Assembly: GCA_937922925.1 (NCBI GenBank)
Contig: CALAKU010000007.1
Span: forward strand, 10,120 to 74,119
Direction of reading: 5' to 3'
Length of the DNA stretch: 64,000 nt
From: an uncultured Arenicella sp.
GTDB lineage: Bacteria; Pseudomonadota; Gammaproteobacteria; Arenicellales; Arenicellaceae
The notes under the pieces are model-generated. The model was given only the letters and a program-made list of their open reading frames with translations, was not told the origin of the DNA and made no database searches. The position numbers and the translations under genes were made by a program. Of the stretch, positions 19,240-30,018 are shown in pieces; position 1 is the stretch's first letter; every line of letters begins with the position of its first letter.

Positions 19240-21144
19240 GTCCGAGCTAACTTGGGTCGAATCAACTGGGGTCGAATCAACTGGGCTTGAATCCAGCATT
19301 AGCTTGCGAATTACGGAGACTGGCGCATTACCGTAGCTGAGAAAACCATTGTTGAAAGCACGAAGGTCAAACGCGTCGCCCTGTAGATTTTTGAGTTCTT
19401 CGCGCAAGGCCAAAATTTCTGCAAAGCCGTTGAAGTAGCTGGTTAATTGAACCTGCGAGACCGTCGCCCGCTGCCATTTATTTTCGGCCTCGGTACGCTC
19501 TTGAAAGGCTTCTTCGATCATCATCTCCAGCGCTTGTTCTTTGCTCATACCCAAAACGTGAATGCCATAATCTAATATCGTATTCGTGATAACCCGCAGA
19601 TTCCACTTGCCGTACATCAACCACATTTCAGGCGCGTTATCGGCATACCCTGCTTCCAGCATGAGTCGTTCTGCATAGACGGCCCAGCCTTCAATCATCG
19701 AACCGTTGGCAAAGATGCTCTTAATTTTACTAGGCGACTTATTGGCATGCATTAACTGCGTGTAGTGGCCAGGTATGGCTTCGTGGATATTCAGGATCTG
19801 TAATATCCATTTATTGTATTCGCGCAAATAACTCTCGGCTTGCTCATCGCTGTAGTTATCAAGCGGCGATACATTGTAGTAGGTGTTAGCGGTTGCATCG
19901 TATGGCCCCGGCGCATTGACTGACGCGCCAGCAAAACCACGTTGATACTCAGGGGTTAGCCTTACCACCAAGGGCCGAGTGGGGTCTTGATCGACCAATT
20001 GCTTCTCGCTAACAAAGGCTTCAAGCTGCGGTATTTGGCGTTTGATTTCATCAACAAAATCGTCGCGGCTCACGTGTTGCTCAGACAATTTGTCGATCAG
20101 CTGTTTAACGGCGCTCAACTTGTTGTCGGGTAAAGCTTGATCGTCAAAGTAGGTTGGCCAAAGCGCTTGGGTAATGTCGATCATTTGCTGATGTAACTCG
20201 GCCTTCGCCGTCAAAGCACGCTGGTACAATTGCTCGCCGGTGTATTGCGACGCGATATCGTGAGCGAATTTTTTTTCATATAACTCCTCGCCCAAGCGGA
20301 AATCGCGCCAGCCTTGTTCAGGCGGCTCATCAAGTGATTGTTCGAGCATCGCAATAAAACCATTTACCGAGTCTGCGGCGGCAGCTAGGCGGTCTGCAAA
20401 CTGATCTTGTGTGTACGTAAGCTCGCCTGCACCAACCACGTTTTGAAACACTTCGGCGACTTGTTTTTGCAATAAATTGAGCGTGCCTTTGCTTTGCCTA
20501 ATGGCTAGCTCAGTGTGCTCACGCGTTGGTGTTTTCAAGTTGGCGATCGCGGCCTGATAATACGCCGGCACGTTTGCAAGGTAGTCGTACACCGTATTTT
20601 TTCGCTCCTCAATGGAACGATAATCAGTAGTGAGTATGACGCCCAAGGCACCAGCGGGATTATAGACACTGGGGTTCCATTCATAACTGCGGTACGCATC
20701 GATATACCAGATTCGGCTGCGTAACTCCGCGTCAAGAATATTCCAATCGGTTGCGTTTGCGATACTCAGCCGATTAGCATCAAATTGTTTCAGAGCCTGC
20801 AATTCGGTAACAAAAAAAGCGCGTCTTTGCGCTCTAAGCTCACCGTTAGGCACCATTAACTGGCCGGCGTGGTCATAATAGCCAACGTACACGCCAAAAC
20901 TCGGATGCAGCCGCCAGAACTCTTGTAAAAACTTTGTTTTAAACGCGTCAAACTCCGCATTCTGATCCAGCACAACGGCTGGAGTCGGCTCAGAAATTTG
21001 CGGTGCGGGTACCTCAGTATTGCTTTGCTCAGGCGATTGCGATGGTTGCACTTGCTGAGCTTGTTCCACAGTTACGTTCTTATCGCTGTTATTGCAAGCG
21101 GCCAACAACCCTATCGCAAGCGCGAAAACAAAAAAGACTTTCAT
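19216..21144 (-). CDS. DUF885 family lipoprotein (putative metallopeptidase)
   Basis: Lipobox LAAC; HEAIPGHY and EGWAVYAE motifs. Confidence 0.9.
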   Translation of the reverse strand: MKVFFVFALAIGLLAACNNSDKNVTVEQAQQVQPSQSPEQSNTEVPAPQISEPTPAVVLDQNAEFDAFKTKFLQEFWRLHPSFGVYVGYYDHAGQLMVPNGELRAQRRAFFVTELQALKQFDANRLSIANATDWNILDAELRSRIWYIDAYRSYEWNPSVYNPAGALGVILTTDYRSIEERKNTVYDYLANVPAYYQAAIANLKTPTREHTELAIRQSKGTLNLLQKQVAEVFQNVVGAGELTYTQDQFADRLAAAADSVNGFIAMLEQSLDEPPEQGWRDFRLGEELYEKKFAHDIASQYTGEQLYQRALTAKAELHQQMIDITQALWPTYFDDQALPDNKLSAVKQLIDKLSEQHVSRDDFVDEIKRQIPQLEAFVSEKQLVDQDPTRPLVVRLTPEYQRGFAGASVNAPGPYDATANTYYNVSPLDNYSDEQAESYLREYNKWILQILNIHEAIPGHYTQLMHANKSPSKIKSIFANGSMIEGWAVYAERLMLEAGYADNAPEMWLMYGKWNLRVITNTILDYGIHVLGMSKEQALEMMIEEAFQERTEAENKWQRATVSQVQLTSYFNGFAEILALREELKNLQGDAFDLRAFNNGFLSYGNAPVSVIRKLMLDSSPVDSTPVDSTQVSSDSVEALAQ

Positions 21145-21267
21145 AAACTGATCAAGTTTGGTTTGACTATTTTCACCGTCACTATAAACAAAAGCACGCT
21201 ACTGACCAAACAAAAGCAATAGGGACTTGGCCTACAATGCTCTAAAATAAACTCTATCTAAATCTAA

Positions 21268-23322
<2,055 letters not shown>

Positions 23323-23368
23323 CAATCAATAATTAAAATAATAAATTAAAAATAATAAGAGGTGAACC

Positions 23369-24334
23369 ATGCGTATTGGCTTTATCGGTTTAGGCAATGT
23401 CGGGTCAAAATTATCCGGCAGTTTATTGCGCAATCAATTCGATCTCACGGTATTAGACCTGAACCAAGAATTGGTAAGTGACTTCCTTGAACGCGGCGCA
23501 AAAACCGCCGCAACTCCAAAGGAGCTGACCGAGCAATGCGATGTCATTATTACTTGCTTACCTTCGCCACAAGCCTGTGCCGAGGTACTTGAGAGTAGCG
23601 ACGGTGTGATCGCCGGGCTAGACAGTTCTAAAATCTGGATGGAGATGAGCACCACTGATAGCCAAGAAGTTCAACGCATTGGCGCTAAAGTCGCCGCCAC
23701 TGGCGCACTCGCATTGGACTGTCCGGTCTCAGGTGGTTGCCATCGAGCGGATACTGGCAACATTGCCATTTTGGCTGGCGGCGAGCGTGCCGCATTTGAT
23801 CGCGCTTTGCCTCTGCTTACAACCATGGGCAGGCGCGTGATTCACACTGGCGCGCTAGGCACGGCCTCTACGATCAAAGTGATCACCAATTACTTAGCCA
23901 CCGCCCACTTAGCCGCCCTAGCCGAGGCTTGGTTGGTGTCCACTAAGATGGGCATCGACCCGAACGTAGCCTATGAGGCGATTAAAGTCAGCTCTGGTAA
24001 TTCTTTTGTGCACGAAACCGAGTCGCAAGTGATCCTTAATGGCAGTCGCGACATCTCCTTTACCATGGATTTAGTGCTCAAAGACATCAGTCTCTTTCAG
24101 CAACTGGCCGACCATCACGATATTCCATTAGAATTATCGCCGCTGTTAATTGATATATTTAAAGATGGTCAAGCGCGCTTTGGTGCGCGCGAATGGTCAT
24201 CGAATATTATTAAGCGGCTCGAGGAAACCTGCGACACCGAAGTGCGTGGCAAAGGCTTCCCTGCCCTGCTCAGTGACGACGAACCCGAAGAAGCGGGTTA
24301 CGAAGTAGTGGTTGAGAATCGATCCGATTTATAA
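23369..24334 (+). CDS. NAD(P)-dependent beta-hydroxyacid dehydrogenase (3-hydroxyisobutyrate dehydrogenase family)
   Basis: GFIGLGNVG, DCPVSGG, catalytic K in KVITNY, and F.MDLVLKD. Confidence 0.9.
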   Translation: MRIGFIGLGNVGSKLSGSLLRNQFDLTVLDLNQELVSDFLERGAKTAATPKELTEQCDVIITCLPSPQACAEVLESSDGVIAGLDSSKIWMEMSTTDSQEVQRIGAKVAATGALALDCPVSGGCHRADTGNIAILAGGERAAFDRALPLLTTMGRRVIHTGALGTASTIKVITNYLATAHLAALAEAWLVSTKMGIDPNVAYEAIKVSSGNSFVHETESQVILNGSRDISFTMDLVLKDISLFQQLADHHDIPLELSPLLIDIFKDGQARFGAREWSSNIIKRLEETCDTEVRGKGFPALLSDDEPEEAGYEVVVENRSDL

Positions 24335-24378
24335 CTCAAAACCAAGATTCAATAGCGAGTTTAGACCAGAGAAAAAAC

Positions 24379-24783
24379 ATGACCGAAGCCGAGTTAACCG
24401 AACAAATTTTAACCATCTCCGAATTGGTTTTTATTATTGTCTCGGTGATGTTCACCGTAATCTCTGCTTACATAGTTGGCTTATATTGGTTCTTACGAAA
24501 AACGTCCTTGCTAATCAGATTAACAGCATTTGGCCTTTTTAGTTTTACCACCTTAGTGATGAGCATCAATGGTTATGGTGTTTATCGCCATGCCAGTGGT
24601 GTAATGCAAGCATTGCAAGAGTTGCAGGCAAAAAGCACACTGAGTGCTTTGGGCCAAATGGCGCTTGAGCAAGCGGCGCAAAACGTCACGGTATTTGTTG
24701 GCGCAAGTACCTTTGTCCTCGCTTTGTTAATCTATCTAAGTTTGGTCTACTTAACGTTTTTCTATCGTTGGCCAGATCAATAA
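24379..24783 (+). CDS. Hypothetical membrane protein (about 3 TM)
   Basis: Clean 134-aa ORF with hydrophobic helices, co-oriented with its neighbours. Confidence 0.7.
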   Translation: MTEAELTEQILTISELVFIIVSVMFTVISAYIVGLYWFLRKTSLLIRLTAFGLFSFTTLVMSINGYGVYRHASGVMQALQELQAKSTLSALGQMALEQAAQNVTVFVGASTFVLALLIYLSLVYLTFFYRWPDQ

Positions 24784-24955
24784 TTGATAGCGCCTCGTTC
24801 CCAGAGCGTTGAGCCGAGCATCAAATTAGACTAAGGCTGGAACCATCAAAATCGAACATCTGGCGATTTACAAGATTCATGGCATCTTCAAAATCAGAGA
24901 ATAATGTATTTGAGGCTATTTAAGACGCTGAGTATGTCGGCGAGAGGCGTATGCG

Positions 24956-26074
24956 ATGAAGATTAGCCAAGTTAAAAAAAACACATTGGCCTTTGCAATT
25001 GAGTGGTCTGATGGTTCCCGATCACAAGCGCCGTTTATTTGGCTCAGGGACAATGATCAACAAGAATTGCATCCACAAACCGGTGAGCGCATCTTTGATC
25101 TCACTTCGGTAGACTTGGATATTCAGCCTGAGTCTTTTGACTTTACTGAGGCTGGCCTGACAATCAGCTGGCCAAATAAGCAAATCCCATCAAAATACAC
25201 CGCCGAATGGCTGTTTGCACACCGCCCCGGTAAGGCCTTCGACGACCCCGCAGTGATTCAGAAACAAAGCTGGACGGCAGCTCAACAAGCCGAACCGCCT
25301 AGATTCAGCGCCAAAGCCTGCTACCAAGATGAGACCGCCTTAAAAGAAGCGCTGATCACTTTAAAGACCACAGGGATCATTCTGATCGATGAGCTCGACG
25401 ATTATAAAGACGCGGGCTTTGACTTTGGCGACTTGATTGGTTTCAAGAGAGAGACCAATTTTGGCGTGTCGTTTGAAGTCGTTAATAAACCAAACCCGAA
25501 TAATCTGGCCTACACGGCTTTGGCTTTACCCTTACATACTGATTTGCCTAATCAAGAGTTGGTGCCGGGCATTCAATTTTTGCATTGCTTTAAAAACTCG
25601 GCGACCGGCGGCGGCTCAGTGTTTGCCGATGCCATGGCCATTGTCGAAGATTTTGAGCGCGACTGCCCTGAGCATTTTAAAACCTTGGTCGAGTTCGCCG
25701 TGCCTTGGCGCTTTCATGATCAGACTTGCGATATTCGCCGCCATCGCCCGGTGATCGGCCTAGACAAGCATGGCACCTTTAAGACACTGACTTTTAATGC
25801 TCACTTGGGCTATACGCCTGATTTTGAACCTGAAATGATGTACCCTTTCTACGCGGCATTTCGTGAACTCATGAAGCGCATTCGTAACGAAAAGTACCGT
25901 ATCGAGTACGAGCTTAAACCCGGACAAATGGTGGTCTTCGATAATCAGCGCGCCTTACATGGCCGAGCTGAGTTTGACCCAAATTCCGGCGAGCGATATT
26001 TACGTGGCTACTACATTGAACACAATGAAGTCGACAGCCGCCTTAGAATGCTGCACAAGGCTCATTGTTCATAA
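24956..26074 (+). CDS. Gamma-butyrobetaine/trimethyllysine dioxygenase family 2OG-Fe(II) enzyme
   Basis: N-terminal WLRDN domain, NLAYT..LPLHTD, GIQFLHC, FDNQRALHGR and RYLRGYY. Confidence 0.88.
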   Translation: MKISQVKKNTLAFAIEWSDGSRSQAPFIWLRDNDQQELHPQTGERIFDLTSVDLDIQPESFDFTEAGLTISWPNKQIPSKYTAEWLFAHRPGKAFDDPAVIQKQSWTAAQQAEPPRFSAKACYQDETALKEALITLKTTGIILIDELDDYKDAGFDFGDLIGFKRETNFGVSFEVVNKPNPNNLAYTALALPLHTDLPNQELVPGIQFLHCFKNSATGGGSVFADAMAIVEDFERDCPEHFKTLVEFAVPWRFHDQTCDIRRHRPVIGLDKHGTFKTLTFNAHLGYTPDFEPEMMYPFYAAFRELMKRIRNEKYRIEYELKPGQMVVFDNQRALHGRAEFDPNSGERYLRGYYIEHNEVDSRLRMLHKAHCS

Positions 26075-26213
26075 CAACGAGACGCGCCTGGTTCACGCTG
26101 ATCTGTAATTGAGAAAAGACAAATTCGTGATCGGCAATTAATAAGGGGCAGTGAACCAATACGACAATTAATTTTGTTGTACCCCGTAAAATAAAAACAC
26201 CTTTAGGAGAGCT

Positions 26214-27848
26214 ATGTCTACTTCGTCAAATGACTCATCACTGTTTGGACTAATCGATCGCCCCACCTTTATCGGCTCACTAGCCATGCTATTGAGTGTC
26301 ACTATCCCTTTGATTATTTGGCCTGAGCAAGGCGCTGAAGTCGTCAAAATCGCTCGAAACTATTTGGTTACCAATTTTGGCTTTAGCTATTTGGCACTAG
26401 GGCTTGGTGCATTCGTTTTCATGATTTATGTCTCATGCAGTGACATTGGCAAGATCAAATTAGGCGAGCCGGATTCCGAACCTGAGTTTAAAACCGTGTC
26501 TTGGGCCGCCATGCTGTTCTGCGCCGGCATTGGTGTTGGCATTATGTACTGGGCGCCGATTGAATGGATTTACTACTACCAAAGCCCACCATTTTTGGTC
26601 GAAGGCGGCACCTCCGAAGCCATTAAGTGGGCCTCGGCTTATGGCATCTTCCATTGGGGGCCACTCGCGTGGTCAATTTATTTGGTGCCAGCATTGCCAA
26701 TCGCCTACTTCTATCATGTGCGTAAAATCAAGGCGCTAAAACTCTCTGAAGCCATGGCGCCCGTTATTGGAGAGCGCAATGTCAATGGGCCATTGGGCAA
26801 GCTCGTGGATATCTTATTTGTGTTCGGTATGCTCGGCGGCGGCGCCACCACTTTAGGCCTTGGCGCGCCTTTGTTAAACGAGGGCTTGCATCAATTATTT
26901 GGCTTACCTAAGTCTGTCGGCGTGCAGATTGGGGTCTTGGTCTTGTGTACCTTTATTTTTGGCGCCAGTGCCTATGCAGGCATGAAAAGTGGCATCCAAA
27001 GACTTTCTAATATTAACCTCGTGCTGGCTGTCTGCATGTTGGTGTTTGTGATTATTGTTGGCCCAACGGTATTTTTGGCCGAAACCTCACTGGCCTCGAT
27101 TGCGGTGATTATTGAGAACTTTTTTACCATGTCGACCTACACCGAACCTTTCGGTGGTCTCAATGGATACCCAGACACCTCCTTCCCGCAAGACTGGACC
27201 ATTTTTTATTGGGCTTGGTGGTTGGCTTTCGCGCCCACCATTGGTTTATTTATTGCCCGCATTTCTCGAGGCCGCACCATGGGCAATATGATTATGGGTT
27301 CATTGTGTTATGGCACGGTGGGTTGTGCGCTGTTCTTTATGATCCTAGGCAACTACGGGATTAACTTACAGCTCACGGGCGAAGCTGATTTGGTTGCCGT
27401 GCTCAACGAAGCCAATGCGCGTGGTGAAGATGGAGGCGCGGCGGCGGTGTTTGCCATTCTAGGCAGCCTGCCAATGAGCACCATCATCATTGCTTTGTAT
27501 ACGGTGTTGGCAATTGTATTTCTCTCTACAACCTTCGATTCAATTTCCTACATATTGGCCTCAGTGGTACAAAAAGAAGTCCCCGATGAGCCAATGCGTT
27601 GGAATCGTTTGTTCTGGGCTGGTGCCCTGAGTTTTCTGCCAGTAACACTCATGTTAATGGGCGGCAACTTATCGACCCTGCAAACCGCCAGTATTGTTGG
27701 CGGCTTCCCCTTGGTCATCATTAGCTTCTTGCTGTGTGTGTCGATTTTTAAGATTGGCCGATTTGATTTAGCCCGGCAACAAGCCCTAGATTCAAAAGAC
27801 ATCAACATCACCGACTATCCAGACGGCGACCCTTGGGCAAAAAAATAG
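26214..27848 (+). CDS. BCCT family (betaine/carnitine/choline) transporter
   Basis: SWAAMLFCAGIG, FHWGPLAW and WTIFYWAWWLAFAP..GLFIARISRGRT. Confidence 0.95.
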   Translation: MSTSSNDSSLFGLIDRPTFIGSLAMLLSVTIPLIIWPEQGAEVVKIARNYLVTNFGFSYLALGLGAFVFMIYVSCSDIGKIKLGEPDSEPEFKTVSWAAMLFCAGIGVGIMYWAPIEWIYYYQSPPFLVEGGTSEAIKWASAYGIFHWGPLAWSIYLVPALPIAYFYHVRKIKALKLSEAMAPVIGERNVNGPLGKLVDILFVFGMLGGGATTLGLGAPLLNEGLHQLFGLPKSVGVQIGVLVLCTFIFGASAYAGMKSGIQRLSNINLVLAVCMLVFVIIVGPTVFLAETSLASIAVIIENFFTMSTYTEPFGGLNGYPDTSFPQDWTIFYWAWWLAFAPTIGLFIARISRGRTMGNMIMGSLCYGTVGCALFFMILGNYGINLQLTGEADLVAVLNEANARGEDGGAAAVFAILGSLPMSTIIIALYTVLAIVFLSTTFDSISYILASVVQKEVPDEPMRWNRLFWAGALSFLPVTLMLMGGNLSTLQTASIVGGFPLVIISFLLCVSIFKIGRFDLARQQALDSKDINITDYPDGDPWAKK

Positions 27849-27874
27849 GCCCTCTGGCGAATAAATGATCGAAC

Positions 27875-28858
27875 ATGGAGCTAGACCATCCGTTTATAAA
27901 ACTGCCCTTTCAATTTGACCTTAGTCAGCTTGAACTCGAACTAGATAGCTTGAACGAGGATGCGTGGATGGCGCATCCGTCTCGCATGCAGGGCAATGCG
28001 GCTGTGCCTTTAGTGTCTCACGAAGGCGGCGACAACGATGACTTCGCTGGCCGTATGTTAGCAACACCGCATTTGGATCGCTGCGTCTATATCAAACAGG
28101 TGATGGCCAGTTTTAACGAGGTCATTGCGCGATCAAGGTTGATGCGCTTAGCGCCTGGCGCCGAGGTCAATGCCCATGTGGATTTTAATTATCATTGGTA
28201 TAGCCGCGTGCGCATTCATATTCCCATCACCACCAATCCTGGCGTCACGTTTTATTGCGGTGGTGAGCAGCAATACATGCAAGCCGGTGATTGCTGGATC
28301 TTTGATTCGTGGCGACGCCATCGGGTAGTCAATAATAGCGATCAGAGCCGCGTTCATTTGGTGATCGACACCACGGGTTCATCAAGATTTTGGCAGCTCG
28401 TTTCCAGCATGAATGAGTTTGCGCCTGACTTTAACCAAGCCGCATTTCAAGCACAGATAAGCAAACTTGAGTTTGATCGCGATGCGAAGCCGCAGTTAAA
28501 AACAGAGCAATACAATGTGGCACCGGTGATGTCTCCGGGCGAAATGGAAGCCATTGCCAAGGAGCTCATGAATGACATGCACGCAAACCCAAACAACCCA
28601 GCGGACAAAATCGAGTTTTTTGAACGTCTCTTAATGGAACTGTGTAAAGACTGGCGGCAATTGTGGTTGCAATATGGCTATGAAAAAGCGGGGCTGAAAC
28701 ACTATCAACAATTACTTGAACACATTGCGCGTCGACTGCCAGCCAACCCAAGAGAGCTCGTCACGTCGAATAACGATGTGGGTATTCGGCCCATCATTAT
28801 GCAGCGAATTCTACGCGCCGCCTTAAACCCTGGCGAGTTAGTTCGATTCAAATCCTAA
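27875..28858 (+). CDS. Aspartyl/asparaginyl beta-hydroxylase-like 2OG-Fe(II) oxygenase
   Basis: RSRLMRLAPG, HVD, RIHIPI, WIFDSWRRH and RVHLVID. Confidence 0.85.
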   Translation: MELDHPFIKLPFQFDLSQLELELDSLNEDAWMAHPSRMQGNAAVPLVSHEGGDNDDFAGRMLATPHLDRCVYIKQVMASFNEVIARSRLMRLAPGAEVNAHVDFNYHWYSRVRIHIPITTNPGVTFYCGGEQQYMQAGDCWIFDSWRRHRVVNNSDQSRVHLVIDTTGSSRFWQLVSSMNEFAPDFNQAAFQAQISKLEFDRDAKPQLKTEQYNVAPVMSPGEMEAIAKELMNDMHANPNNPADKIEFFERLLMELCKDWRQLWLQYGYEKAGLKHYQQLLEHIARRLPANPRELVTSNNDVGIRPIIMQRILRAALNPGELVRFKS

Positions 28859-28888
28859 CGGTGCTACCTGGCCCGCACCGCTATCGCC

Positions 28889-29827
28889 CTAGACCATCGA
28901 TAACACTAAGAGCAACACAATTGAGTAGTATAGTTTAGGCCACCACCGAATCTGCTGCTGAACCTGCTCAGCTATTTGCAACTCCATTAACTTAAGCTGA
29001 TGCCCAAGCGCCTCTTCAAAGGTGCCACTTTGTTCGCCGGTACGTAAAACGGCCCTTAAGTGCGAACTTAAAACCAATCTATTTTCCAGCAAGGCTTTCA
29101 CAGTAGACTGGCCATTTAAAACTGCCTTAGTGGCTTGCACAAGCTGTTGCTTATAACGCTTATCTGTAAGCAAAGGCGATAAATTGCGCAAGGCTTGATC
29201 CATCACAACTCCTGCGCTGAGTTGCCATTGTAAGGGTCGGTAGAACGCCACCTCAAAACGCAACTTAAACCAATCGCTGCGTTCGCGAACAAAACGTGTG
29301 GACCAAAACAAAGAAAGCCAAAATTGCGGCTCGCGACTCCACAGCAATACGGCAATACGCGTTAAGGCCAAGACACTCAATACCGATAGGCCCACGTCGC
29401 TAATGATGTCAAATAAAGGCTCTTGATCTTTGGCAAGCCTAATAAAAACAGCGACGATTGCACCAATGATGAAAACAGCTTGGGGCAGCCAAAGAGCGGC
29501 TTGCATTGATTTTTGAGCTTGCTCTAATTTGAGCTGTTGAACTCCAATATAGTCCAAACCGTCCGCTAGTTTACCGGCGCTCTCTGCCGATTTAAGCAGG
29601 CCAAACTGATAGACCGATATCAAATGCGCATTGTGTAGAGCTTGGCTTAAGCTTTTACCTTTAGCCACGCGGCGGGTCACACCAAGCAACTTGATCTTAT
29701 CCTTGTGGTTATTTCGAGTCAGTGTTTCCAGTGCTTTAACTGGGTCAATCCCCGCAGATAACATGTGTGCAAGCTGTTGCCAACACTGGGCGCGCGAAGA
29801 CGAGTCGCGTTTAGTCGTAAAGATCAA
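28889..29827 (-). CDS. Type II secretion protein F / PilC-like platform protein (divergent)
   Basis: Two GspF repeats: LAHMLSAGI..AL...G.SLSQAL...AESAGKL and QLSAGV...GEQSGTFEEAL. Start uncertain. Confidence 0.8.
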   Translation of the reverse strand: MIFTTKRDSSSRAQCWQQLAHMLSAGIDPVKALETLTRNNHKDKIKLLGVTRRVAKGKSLSQALHNAHLISVYQFGLLKSAESAGKLADGLDYIGVQQLKLEQAQKSMQAALWLPQAVFIIGAIVAVFIRLAKDQEPLFDIISDVGLSVLSVLALTRIAVLLWSREPQFWLSLFWSTRFVRERSDWFKLRFEVAFYRPLQWQLSAGVVMDQALRNLSPLLTDKRYKQQLVQATKAVLNGQSTVKALLENRLVLSSHLRAVLRTGEQSGTFEEALGHQLKLMELQIAEQVQQQIRWWPKLYYSIVLLLVLSMV

Positions 29828-29961
29828 ATCACTGCACTGAATTGGCTTAGAACATGATTAGATATTAACGTAAATTGCGGAGAGTCAAGTTACGAGCAAT
29901 TCAGAGCAAATGAGACATTAAAGTGGCAAGCTATAAAGATGTTAAGCTCGTCGGCCAAGAA

Positions 29962-29998
29962 CAGTGCTTGCGGTTAAAACGGTAAGTCGCAAGCACTG
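29962..29998 (-). terminator. Stem-loop downstream of the TonB-dependent receptor
   Basis: 11-bp stem CAGTGCTTGCG...CGCAAGCACTG, 20 bp past the stop codon. Confidence 0.65.
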
Positions 29999-30018
29999 AC
30001 TGGCTCAAGAAAAGATTG

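Noticed and set aside
26145-26186. Possible hairpin or riboswitch in the BCCT leader (GGGG...TACGACAA-TTAATT-TTGTTGTA-CCCC)
   Set aside because: Weak stem with no match to a riboswitch or BetI operator that I recognise.
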